A stretch of DNA of 64,000 nt, taken from the human T2T-CHM13v2.0 reference genome, Homo sapiens. Position 1 is the first letter of the stretch. Every line of letters starts with the position of its first letter. Where the stretch lies: NCBI RefSeq assembly GCF_009914755.1, contig NC_060934.1; one strand, 5' to 3'. Shown one piece after another: positions 30,141 through 42,375 of the stretch. A program made the position numbers and the translations under genes. Below the pieces are notes generated by a model. The model did no database searches and was not told the DNA's origin. It worked only from the letters and a program-made list of their open reading frames with translations.

Positions 30141-31125
30141 TTTTTAAAAAATAGACTTTATTTTTAGAGAAGTTTGAGGTTCATGGCAAAATTGAGCAGA
30201 AGGTAAAGAGAGTTTTTCTATGCCCCTTGACCCTGAATACATATATAACCTCTTCCACTATCAAAATCCTGAACCAGAGTAGTACATTTGTTGCAATCAG
30301 TGACTTTACATTGACCTGCCATTGCCGCCCAAGGACTATGGCTTACATGAGGGTGCACTGTTGGTGTTATACATTCTATGGGTTTTAACAAATGTATAAT
30401 GACTTTTTACCATCATTGCAGTACCATACAGAGTATTTTTCACTGCCCTAAAACTCCTCTGTGGCTCTCCTATTCATGCTTTTCTTCCCCCAACCCTTTG
30501 AACCACTTACGTTTTACTGTCTTCAAGTTTTGCCTTCCCCAGAATGTCATATAGTCAGAATCATAAATTATGTAGCCTTTCCAGTTGAGCTTTTTCTGTC
30601 ACTTAGTCATATGCATTTAAGTCTTCTCCATGTATTTTCATGGTTTGATAGCTAATTTATATTTAGTGCTAAATACTATTCTATTGTCTGGATGTAGCAA
30701 GGTTTATTCGCCTACTGAAGAACAGCTGGGTGTTTCCAAGTTCTAGCAATTACGAAAAAAAAAACTGCTATAAGCATTCATGTTCAAGGTTTTGTGGGAA
30801 CTTAAGTTTTTAACTTATTTGGGTAAATACCAAGGAGTGCAATTGCTGGATCATATACTAAGAGTATGTTTAGTTTTGTAAGAAACTGCCAAACTGTCTT
30901 CCACAGTGACTGCAACATTTTGCATTCCCACCTGCAATGGATGAGTTCCTGTTGCTCCACATCCTCACCAGCATTTGGTGTTGTCAGTGTTCCGGACTTT
31001 GCCATTTTAATAGGTGTGTAGTGGTATCTCATAGTTGTTTTGATTTGTAGTTTCCTAGTTACGTATAATGGTAGTATATTTTCATGATTTTATCTGCCAT
31101 CTGTATATTTTGATGAGGTAGCTGT
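30141..31125 (-). mobile_element. L1MC1-like 3' end
   Basis: atagactttatttttagagaagtttgaggttcatggcaaaattgagcagaagg; ORF 30802..31032 (MRYHYTPIKMA...LWKTVWQFL) is an L1 ORF2 C-terminal remnant. Confidence 0.92.
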
Positions 31126-34100
31126 TACTACTTTCTTAACCACTAATGATGCTGAAACATTCATGTTTCCTTTCTACAAGCAATAATTCTTTACCACTTT
31201 ACTGAAAGTCATGGATACAAGTTAAAAAAAAAACCTAGTCCTCCACTCTAATAAACTATGTGCTAAAATTACAAAATTAATTGTGACTCTTAAAATGTTT
31301 ATTTGATTCTCAAACTATCCCACCCAAAATGTGTCTACAAAGACAAGCATCTTCACACAATGACATCTTCTTTACTTGACATTTTAATACTCATGGCACT
31401 GATGGTGAAATGTAGGTTATAATTTAACATCAATTTGACCATTCAAGAAAGAGATTCGTTACCATTCTCTAAAGCAAGGTGCCCAATCACTTTCAAACTT
31501 TTCTTTGTTTTTCAATCTAAATATTTCTTAACTCCACCATCCTCCTTCATTTCTACTGCCTTTGTCTTAATTAGACTTGGCTATATATTTTTCTAGAATG
31601 CTTCACTCCCTCCAAGGATATACATTCTAATATGAAATATTCATCATAATTGGGCTTATAGTCTCCTACCCAAGCATTGACAGCCAACTTTTATTTTAAG
31701 AATAGGTAATTTTTTCTGTATGTTTCAGATACAGCTTTGTCTTATTTAGCATCTATTCACGCTCTGACCAATCAATGGGCTTCTGTTTTATTCTAGACAT
31801 CCATCCCCCATCTTGTATTCCATTTGACACTGTCTGGTTCCCTGAATGAAAGTCCTTATGTCAGAAACTTGGCTAAAACTGCAGGAACCATAGGACTATG
31901 GCTCTGTATCAATTTTGTCAGTTCTCCCTTTCAGAAAGAAGAGTCCTACAAATTATTGCTGATGTGCACTAATGGTAAGAGCTCAGAGAAAGACATCCCA
32001 GACACTAAGTTCCATTCTCCTTGCTCCAATTAGTCCGAAGCTTGCCCAGACCACCATTCATCATTTAGTCCACTCTCCAGAAAAATATTCCTCACGGAAT
32101 GCTGCATTCATCCTTTTGCCAGCGCTAACATGGAGCCTGTTCCAAGGATCCCGGTGCCCTTTCAGGGAGCAAGTGCACTTTCTGCTGCTGATGGACATTC
32201 ACTCCTCAGGAGAACTGCAGTGCTACCCCAAGATATTACAGGGCCGTTGACAGAAATGCAAATAATCCAAGGAAAAGCTGTTTTGGAACAGAAGGTGACT
32301 CATTCAGTACTAGGCATTTTGGGTTTGATATATCATGAATATTTCATCTTAACACCTATGAAAATATACCGTTATCCAAGTGTCCAAGAACTCAAAAATC
32401 TTTTTACGTGATAACATCATGTGCCTGAGAGAAACTGAAATAATTCTGTTTATTTTTCTGTGTCAGTTTCCTTGGCGGTTGCATTTGTGGGAGCATACAG
32501 AATATGTTTTCCCCACCTTAAAATATTTATTTTAAGTTTTGCAAATTTCAGAACTGTCTGATTCAGTTAGATAATCTAAGCCGGAGAGTAACTGAGCAAT
32601 AAATACTACAGTTTACTAGCTTATGCTGTGGTTCTACTCATCAGAAATGGTGCTGGTGATTAACTTTAAAGCATTCAGTGGTCTGAGACCTGGCTACCTT
32701 AAACAAAATATCTAGATGAATGATTTCAGTTTTTCTTTTATTTCATACAAAAATATTGCATTTGGTTGAGCTAATAAATATTAAACAATTGATTTTTTAA
32801 AAAATATATTATTTATAAAATCGCCAGGATACAAAATAATGGATTGCACTTCCAGTGTTTCCTCTTTCTGCCCTCTATCCGCTGCCAACAAAAGAGAAGT
32901 GGGTAAGTGACTGGGTTAAAACAATTCAAAGAGTTTTCACAAAAAGCACAGTGAGCAATAACTAGAGGTAAAAGATTATTACCGTCAGGAATCTTCTGGA
33001 ATAGAGTAGTGGTTTTTTAATCCCCCCAGATGAGTGAAAAAGTAGATCTGGCCTCTTCTCTGAGTCAAGTGAATATCAAAGGGAAGGCAGGCAACTGGAA
33101 CTAATTCTGCAACACTCAGAGTTGGGAACAGAATCTGAGATCAAGTTCACTCAGTCATAACTCTGCAGAGGGGATGAAATGAAATACAACTCAAAGGTAG
33201 CCAGGTCCCAGACCACTGAAGGCTTTAAAGTTAATTACCAGCACCTTTTATGATGAGTAGAACCACAGCATAAGCTACTAAACTGTAGTATTTATTGCTC
33301 AGTTACTCTCCTGCATAGATTATGTAATTGAATAAGACTGTTTTGAAATTTGCAAGCTAATAAAAATGTATATTTATATCTACACCTTTGCCCAGAAGAA
33401 AGATTTGAAGAAATATATCCCTGCAGATTAGAGTCAATTTTTCTATATCTATCTTTGTATTCTCTTCAATATGTAAGAGCTATTTAGCAAGAGAGAAAAT
33501 GTGTTATATGTGAATAAAAACAAAACCACACAAAAGAAACAAAAAGGAGAAATCTCTAAGATAGCAAAAAATAAACATCGAAAGAAGGAAGTTAAAACAT
33601 TAGCAATACAATGTTGCCTGCATAATATAAATGATATAAATATAATTTTTAATATAGTATATTGAAGATGAAATTTTAGTTGCTGGCAAGTTTTACAGGA
33701 AGAAATACTTAAAATTTGCATGACAGAATACTAATTCTAGTCTCAAATCATTAATGCTCCCACAGCACTAGAGTTAAAAAGAAAACAAAATGAACCAAAA
33801 AATAATTAAAAATGTTTTTCTTGAAGGAGCTTATATTTTTATAACCTTATATACTTTATGATATGAATCCTGAAATTCTAATTTGAGTACAGTGTTGTCA
33901 TTATTTTGAAAGCTGTTTGGTAAGTAAAGCTCCTCTCACCCCCAAATCATGGTAATTGTTTTGATAAAATCAATTTTTTCACAGAATACACACATTATTT
34001 TTAATACACACACACACGCTCACACACACAAACTGTGGTATTAAATGCAACTTTAGAATTTTGGAATATGTTATCGTTTTATGCAGGTTTTGTGAACCTT

Positions 34101-34304
34101 TCCTAGAGGCTGTTCTTGTTTTTGCAGAAAGTCAATCTTGTAGTGATTATAACTGCAGGTCAGAACTAGGATTTCATGGGGATAATGTAACGTTAACTGT
34201 ACGGCATAAGGTACACAATTCTGCATTCAATATGTTGTTATTTTATGTTACTACCAAACTGACTAAGATTAAAAGGACACACAGTAACCAATGTCAGTGA
34301 GCAC

Positions 34305-34850
34305 AAGAAACAATTGGAGAGCCCATAAATTAGCAGCATCAACTAGAAGCCAACATATGCACACCGTCATCTTCAGTAATCTCATCTCCAGGTATGTACC
34401 CTGTAGACGTGCGTGCCTATGACTGCCAAAATACATAACATTTAAAGCAGCACTGTTCATAATAGTCCCACAGTAGAAATAATCTAAATATCCATGACCA
34501 GTAGAAGAATAAATAAACTGCTGTGAAATATACCACAGTGGGGGACAAGAACAGACTGCTGTTACGTGCAACTGAATGAGCCTCACTAACTTAATCTTGG
34601 GATAATACAGCCAGACACAAAAGCACACATTTCAGTTATTTGAAATTCCAAAACAGGAAGCTCTTCTATTGTCTTGAGGTCAGAAAAGCAGTCACCTGAG
34701 TTGAGGGTCTTCATTAGCTGGGAGGTGGTATGAGGAAGGCTGGAGGTGTCTTGTGTCATGATGTGGGTCACAGATTAAATGTCCACAAAAGTTCATCAAG
34801 TGTGACTTTATGATTCATGTCCTACATGTAGGTGTACCTCAGTTAAATGC
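34305..34850 (+). mobile_element. L1ME-type 3' fragment
   Basis: ctccaggtatgtaccctgtagac...agcagcactgttcataatagtcc...cagacacaaaagcacac...aaattccaaaacagg. Confidence 0.75.
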
Positions 34851-35644
34851 ATACATATATGAATAAAATCAATGCTTCAAGGAACTAAAGCACAATAAAA
34901 GTAGAGGTTAGTTTTGTGTGATAGAACTGTGATTGGGTTTTATTTCCTTCTCCGCACTTTTTTTCCTCTCTACATTTAATTGAATGCACACTTTTATAAG
35001 AAAAAAAGTCAATATTTATATAACACATAAGTAACTATAATGACAGAAATAAAGGCAAGGATAACACTTACATTTTATATATGTTATAAAATTGATTGGT
35101 CCAGTTCAAAGTTTAGTCAATTTTGCTCATTTTGTACTTACTGTTCTTAGGTTTTATTTTATAAGAAGTGTGTTCAAAATGAGTGGCTTACTATTTAGTC
35201 CGTAGGATAAAATCGTTTTTTTCTAGTGCAATATGTTATCCTTTTGTTAGGGGTGTTTTCTATTCAGAACGCATTCATAAAGACTGTCCAAAGATTTAAC
35301 TCTTGTGGCTTAGGGGAGAGATGTAGTCACTGAAGATGAGAAGGACTGTTTTGTTGCTCTGTACGTCACTGTGGTCTGTTGAAATTGAAAACATCTGTGC
35401 AAAGGAAATGACCCTCTAATTAGAACAATGTGTACGGCATAGCAACTGAGGTTGGGAGGCTGATTGAATAGCGCTTGAATAAAGCTCTTAGCCTTTCAGG
35501 TTAGGTTTTGTGTTTATAGGCTGATGTTGGGTACACATCTGTTTCCACCTCCTGTACATTTCTTGGGTTCAGAACAATTGAGTTTCCACTGCAGACATGC
35601 CTCCTGAAAAATACTTTTGGCTTAGTCTGTCATGTTGTTGGTAT

Positions 35645-38600
35645 TTTTTAATGGAAATTTTTTCCTGAGATCATTATAGATTCACCTGCAGTTGTAAGAA
35701 ATACCTTCTCCATTGTTAACATTTTACAAAATGATGGTGCAATATTACAACTAGGATATCGACATTGATAGACTCTATCCATCTTATTCAGAATATCCAA
35801 GCTTAACTTGAACTCATTTGCATGTGTGGGGTGTGTGTTTAGTTCTATATGATCTTATCACATTGTAGATTTTGTCATCCGCCACCACAGTCCAGATGCC
35901 GAATGGTTCCATCAACACAACCATCCTCATATTGCCTTTTAGCCACACCCTCCTGTATCTTCCCATGGATTCCAACCCCTTAGCAACCACTAGTCTCTTC
36001 TTCATTTCTAAAATTTTGTCATTTCAAAGGTGTTACAATAATATAGGGTGTAACATTTTGGAATTGGCTTTTTCCACTTATTCCGCATAATTCCCCAGAG
36101 ACATATCCAGGTTGTTGCTTTGCACTGCTCAGCGGTATCCCATAGTGTGTATGTGGGAGTTTATTCATGTCTTCAACTACATCTGAGAGGTTTCCAGTTT
36201 ATGGCTATTATAAATAAAGTTTCTGGGTACATATGTATGCTGTTTTATCTGTGAAAATAAGTTTTCATTTGTCTGGGGTATCTACCCAAGAGTAAATTTA
36301 CTGGGTCCTATAGTAATTGCTTGTTAGTTTTATAAAAAAAAATTGCAAAACAATTTCAGAGTGGTTGGGCCACTTCACAGGGCTGACCATAATGCACGAG
36401 TGATTCAGTTTCTGCACTTCCTCATCAGCATTTGGTATTGTCATTATTTTTAATTTTAGCTAGTCTAATAGATGTGTAATTGTATCTCATGTGGTCTTAA
36501 CTGGCATTTTTCTAATGGCTAGTGATGTTGAAAATCTTTCCATGTGTTTATTTGCCATATGTATGTCTTTGTTACTGGAATTTCTCTTCCCGTCTTTGCC
36601 CATTTTCAAACTGGATTCTTCATTACTATTGAATTTTGAGAGTTCTTTATATATTCTACTTACTAGCCTTTGCCCTTTGCTAGCTATGTGGTTTGAAAAT
36701 ACTTTCTCTAGGCTGTAGCTTGTCTTCTCATTCTCTTCACATGGACTTTCACAGACAAAAAAAAAGTTTTTAATCGTGTTGAACTCCAAGTTATCAATTT
36801 TTTCCTTATGGTTCATGCTTTTGCTTTCAGTTATAATAACTCTTTGCCTAGTTTTTGCTCCTGAAAATTGTCCTCTATCTGTATGTATTTTTCTGAAAGT
36901 TTTATGGTTTTATACTAATGTATGCAATACATTTTAAGTTATTTTTTTTAAGATGTGAAGTTCAGGTTGAGGTTCATTACTTTTGGCTTATGGATGTCCA
37001 GTTGTTCCAGCATCATCTATTGAAAATGCTATCATTCTACCACTGAATAGCTTTTGCACTTTTTCTAAAAATCATTTGATCACATTCGTGTGGGGATATT
37101 TGGGTTCTCTATTCTATTCCTTCCCAACTTATGGGAAGCAAAGACCTATAGGTCTTTGCTTTGCTTTGTCAAAACCACACTGTATGGATTATTGTAGCTT
37201 CATAATAAACCTTAATATAAGATAGAGTGATTCTTCTTACATTATTCTTTTTTTTGTAAGGTTGCTTTAGTTATTCCAGGACCTGTGCCTTTCCATACAA
37301 ATTTTAGAATAAACTTGTTTATGTCTACCAAAAACCCTGGTGAGATTCGGAAGGAATTGCACTGAACCTGTAGATCAATTTAGGAAAAAATGGCATCTTT
37401 ACTGTTGACTTTTGAAGCCCATGAACATGATATTTCTTCCATTTATTTATGTCTCCTTTTATTTCTTTCATCAGCTTTTGGTAATGTTCAGTCTGTAGAG
37501 TCAGTATATGTTTTGTTAAGTATTTTATTTCCTTTGGAGTGATTGTAAATGATACTCTGTTTTTAATTGTTATATTCTCATGTTTACTACTAATATAAAG
37601 AAATGTTGCTGATTTACTTGTGTTGACCTTGTATCTTGAAACTTTACCAAACTCAATTAGTCTAGGATTTTTCTTTTGGTAGATACCTTGGGATTTTCCA
37701 TATAGAAATCATAGCATCTGAAAATTGGAAGTGTTTGATATCTTCCTTTTCAATTTGTTTTTTTTCTTTGTCTTATTTTATTATTTACTTGTTTCAGTGC
37801 CATACATCCCCATTACTGTGTCAGGTAAGAGTCATGAGAAGACATTCTTGCTTTGTACCCAGTTCTAGGGGGAAACATTCAGCCTTTCATCATTAGTATA
37901 ATGTTATCTGTAAACTTTTTGTTGTTGTTTTTTGTTTTGTAAATGTTCATTATCAAGTTGAAGAAATCCCTCTGTATTCCCTAATATGCTGAGAGTTTGA
38001 TCAAGAAGAGGTGTAGAATTATAGTAATTTTTACTGAATCAATTGATATGATCATCTGATTTTCTTCTTCTTCCTGTTGATATGATAAATTGCATTGTAG
38101 AATCTTGAATAAGCCTTGTACACCTGGAATAAATCACATTTGATTATAATATATAATATTTTCTATACACTGTTGGATTTAATTTCTCACTAATTGGTGA
38201 ACATTTTTGACTCAAAGTTCATAAAAATTGTTGGTCTGTAATTTTATTTTTTTTTACCACATCTTGTTTTGACATAAAAACTTATTAGCTTTATAAAGTA
38301 GGTTAGTAATTAATCTCTTTTTAATTTCTCTAGAAAAATATGTACAACTGGTATTAATCACTCTTCAAATATTAGATAGAATGAAAGAATATGTGCTTGG
38401 AAATTTCTTTCTTGAGAGCATATACATTTTAAATTCAATTTCCTTGATAGTCCCAGGCCAATTCAGATTGTCTACATCAGTGTGATTGTTTTAGTAGCTT
38501 TGGTTTTAAAGAATTGGTACATTTCTTTTAAGCTGCTGAATTTCTGAGCAGAAACTTGCTTGTAGTATTCACTTATTATCCTTTTAATGGCTGTTAGATC

Positions 38601-39430
38601 TGCCATGATAGCCCATATTGTATTCCTAATATTGGTGATTTGTGCTCTCTTTCTTTTTATTTCTTTAGTGTTTATAAAGGCTTTATTCAGCTCTTTATAT
38701 TTTTATTTCCTTTGAGACTTCCTCCTTGACCTATGATTATTTATAAATGTGTTTTTAAAATTTTCATGCCTCTAGAGATTTTCCTGTTGTATTCCATTTA
38801 ATGACTTCTGGTTTCATTCTGTTATGGTCAGAGTATATATTCTGTATGACTTCAATTATTTAAATAGGTGAAGATTTCTGTATGGCCTAGGTTATAGTCT
38901 ATTTTGGCTAATGCTCCATAAGCCCTTAAAAAAGTGTATATTCTGCTGTTGTTTTTTGGATGTTCAATACACTTCAATTAGACACAGTTGGTTGTTGGTG
39001 GTGTAGAGTTTGTCCGTATCAATGCTGATTTCTTCTCTAGAAGTTCTGTCAGTTACTTACATAGAGGTTTTTACATCCCAACTATGATTGTGGAATTGTC
39101 TATTTCCTGCTTCAGCTCTATCAGGCTTTGATTCATATATTTTGTGGTTCTACTGTTTGGTGTGCACACATTTGGAATTCCTATGTCTTCACTGTGGACT
39201 GATTATTTTATAGTTATGTAACATCTCTCTTTGCATCTAGTGATTTTCCTTGCTTTGAAGTCTATTTTTCACATACTAATATAGTAAATTCTATTCTGTA
39301 ATGATTAACATTTACATGAGATATCTTCTCCTATTCTTTACTTTCAACCTCCTTATGTCATTAAATTTGAAGTGAGTTTCATATGCACAGAAAAATGACT
39401 AGAAGGATTTTAATGTAAAGAGTTGGTCAT
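35645..39430 (-). mobile_element. L1MC-type element: 3'UTR and ORF2 back to the endonuclease region
   Basis: 3' end gagatcattatagattcacctgcagttgtaagaaata; ORF 36487..36816 (DIHMANKHMERFSTSLAIRKMPVKTT) is L1 ORF2; ends near gaagtgagtttcatatgcacag (antisense of the EN CLQETH-like region). Confidence 0.9.
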
Positions 39431-39519
39431 TCACCTCATAAATGATTGAATTAATAAGAGGACACCAAAGCATTGAAATAAATAGAAAGGAATGAATCCA
39501 TGATAATAACAATGACTGA

Positions 39520-39970
39520 GAACTCAGTAGATCTCTGTGGGAGGAGGTTTCTCAGACCTAGTGAGGAAGGCGTGTTTTTTCCCTATCCACTTACTATTAG
39601 AAAGGCTCTTAATCAATCCTTTTTGCCTGTTATGCCAGCTCCCCCGCTGTTGCAGGACAAGCTCCCTTTAGATCCTGGCAAGGAATGAGCCCACCTGGGT
39701 TACCTTTCATTGCTAGGTTAGGGTCAAAAACATCCAGGCTGGTTCCTCTTGTTCTACTGGGAGGAGGGGAGATGAAATATCTTCCTACCGTATTGGTCCA
39801 TCAATCCTGGGGTCCTACATCAATTTGCCTCCCTCTTGCCACCTCCCAAATGTCGCCTGTGGTTGCCTGTTGAATAATTTTCAGGAATTATAACTGCACT
39901 TAGTTGGGAGGAAAAGGGGATAGAGGAAGACAGGGGAGTCTGTATTATCTGGTCCAGACTGGAATTCCTA
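39520..39970 (-). mobile_element. L1MC-type 5' end
   Basis: Antisense reads gaattccagtctggaccagataatacagactcccc...ctaagtgcagttataattcctgaaaattattcaacaggcaaccacagg, like L1MC 5' end consensus. Confidence 0.7.
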
Positions 39971-40339
39971 GTTGTTTGTTTTTAAATGACAACTGATACT
40001 GTTCATAGTTTGACACAAATTAAATATCCGATTGACATAATTTCGTATGATACCAGAAAAATGTCGAAGGATTATGGTCTTAGCACTTAATGTGCATCAC
40101 AAATGAACAACAATGCTTATTTTCAAAATCCCCAAATCTTGACTTTTAAAGCTTTTTTTCCTATTCTACACAGCAAAACTACACACTTATTTTTTCTCTT
40201 ATTTGAGTTCTGTGTTTGATAACATGTAACATGCAAAACAGATAGAAATGGGGTTACTTTGCCACAGTGGATCCTTTTCCATGTCCTCCTTCATGTATTA
40301 CGTACAATACTAGCCCCATGGAAATAATAATCCCCCGCA

Positions 40340-40470
40340 GCAGTGGTTCCCACAGTTTTCCTCCTGAATCAGCAACGTGAGTATCACCTGAGAATTTGTT
40401 AGAAATTCGTATTCTTACGTCCTATTCCAGATTTTCTGAATAAGGAATTCTGAGATGCACGGTCCTGCCA
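40340..40470. mobile_element. MER5A (hAT-Charlie) fragment
   Basis: cagtggttccc...atcacctgagaatttgttagaaatt...ctgaataaggaattctg. Confidence 0.75.
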
Positions 40471-40494
40471 TGATGCATGGCCTCTTCCCCCGCC

Positions 40495-40786
40495 TTTTTT
40501 TTTGTTTAGACGGAGTCTCACTCTGTCACCCAGGCTGGAGTGCAGTGGCGCGATCTGGGCTCACTGCAAGCTCCGCCTCCCGGGTCACTCCATTCTCCTG
40601 CCTCAGCCTTCCGAGTAGCTGGGACTACAGGCGCCCGCCACCACGCCCGGCTACTTTTTTGTATTTTTAGTAGAGACAGGGTTTCACCGTGTTAGCCAGG
40701 ATGGTCACCATCTTCTGACCTTGTGATCCGCCCGCCTCGGCCTCCCAAAGTGCTGGGATTACAGGCGTGAGCCACCGCGCCCGGCC
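40495..40786 (-). mobile_element. AluY, full length
   Basis: AluY diagnostics ctgcaagctccgcctcccggg, ccattctcctgcc, accgtgttagccaggatggtc; many CpGs retained. Confidence 0.95.
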
Positions 40787-41355
40787 CATCCCCCTTTTTT
40801 TAAAGACTCAAATGACAGGGGCCAGATTACAGTAGATTCAACTTGACTGGAAAGAGAGGAAATAGAAATAATGAGAATAAACAACTAATAACACTCTTCT
40901 TCCTTAGTACCTGATTTGTATTCACACAGAATGACTTTCATTGGTGCATATCAACATACTCATCTATGTGATGAAACTTAAAGTGGTTTTATTTTTTCTA
41001 CTTATACAGATCTTTACATATTATGAATAAGCATGTACTACATTTCACCAAGGCAAAGAAACAGGAAAAATGCTCTCTTGAGTAATTAGTTTCCAAAAGT
41101 TAGATTGACTACATTATCTGTAAAGTAATTGACTGTAATATTCCAGCTATGTATTTTTTACCTTATGGTACTCATTCAACTCTAATTCAGGAGGGTAATG
41201 TTCCAACAAGCTGCAACCTCCCCCTTATTATTTACAAGAAACCATAGTTCCTATTTTAGAAAGGCTATTTTTTTCTTTACTGACCCGATATATAATTTAA
41301 TCAATCAATCAGATCTCCCTTTTATGCCAGCTGCTGTGAAGCATTAAGCAAATTA

Positions 41356-41775
41356 CAGTTGATTGTTGAACAATATAGGTTTAAACTGTACAGGTCACTG
41401 AAAGAATTTTCTTCCACCTCTGCCACACCTGAGGCAGCATGACCAACCCCTCCTCTTCCTCCTCCTCCTCAGCCTGCTCAATGAGAGGATGGTGAGGATG
41501 AAGCCCTTTGTGATGACCCACTTCCATTTAATGAATTGTAAATATGGTTTTTCCTCCTCATTACTGTCTTAATAACCTTTTTTTCCTCTAGCTTACTTTA
41601 TTGTAAGAATGTAGTATATATACATAAATATCTGTGAATTGACTATTGATGTTATCAGTAAGGCTTCTGGCCAAGAGCAGGCTACTGTGTTTTTGAGGAA
41701 TCACAACTTTCACGTGGATTTCTGACTGCGACGTTGCTCAGGGCTCCTGTCCCCACATTGTTCAAGGGTTAGCTG
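41356..41775 (+). mobile_element. Tigger2a (MER28) DNA transposon
   Basis: TA|cagttgattgttgaacaa ... ttgttcaagggttagctg terminal inverted repeats; internal ccaacccctcctcttcctcctcctcctcagcc and ctctagcttactttattgtaagaat. Confidence 0.9.
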
Positions 41776-42223
41776 TGATTAATATCTATAATATTATAAA
41801 GCACCATGTACCACAGTGGGTCAGAAAACTAATCCTGGGGCATAATTCTTAGGTATTACTCAAGAGAACAATTCTCTGAAGTGTAATGAGTTTGGGAAAT
41901 TGCAGATTAAATGTAATTGAACGTCAACTTTGGTCTTTCCGTCATTTTATTTTTACTGCTGCGGGAGGTTTCGGCACCTTTAAAGGCTTCTCTAAGCATA
42001 CAAACTGAAATATTTCCCAGGTTTACCTGTCTCAGAAAGTGCACTCCTGTGTGAGTGTGTTTGGGGTATAGTGTGGTGTGTGTGCATGTATGTGTGTGTG
42101 CATAGCGTGTGTACGAGATACTCTTGCAGAAGCAGTACCTCACGGAACATACTCTGCAAACTGAGAAATGCTGCTTGATGGTGCCTTGGTTTATGCCTTT
42201 TCCTGAATTTTAAATTCCATGAT

Positions 42224-42375
42224 TTCTTTTTATAAAATTAAAACAAAATTAACATAATAGAGATGGGGACTTACTATGTTGCCCCGTCTGGTCTTGAACT
42301 CTTAAGCTCAAGTAATCTTCCTGCCTCAGCCTCCCAAAGTGCTAGGATTACAGGCATGAGCCACCATGCCAGGCT
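42224..42375 (-). mobile_element. FLAM / Alu left monomer
   Basis: agagatgggg...ctggtcttgaactcttaagctcaagtaatcttcctgcctcagcctcccaaagtgctagg; flanked by ttaaattc on both sides. Confidence 0.9.

Noticed and set aside
31824-32411. Three overlapping + strand ORFs in a slightly GC-richer patch
   Set aside because: Peptides resemble no family I recognise and I found no matching acceptor/donor pair; coding status unsupported
36487-36816. 109-aa ORF with recognisable protein similarity
   Set aside because: Decayed L1 ORF2 remnant; the same applies to 30802..31032 and 50387..50680
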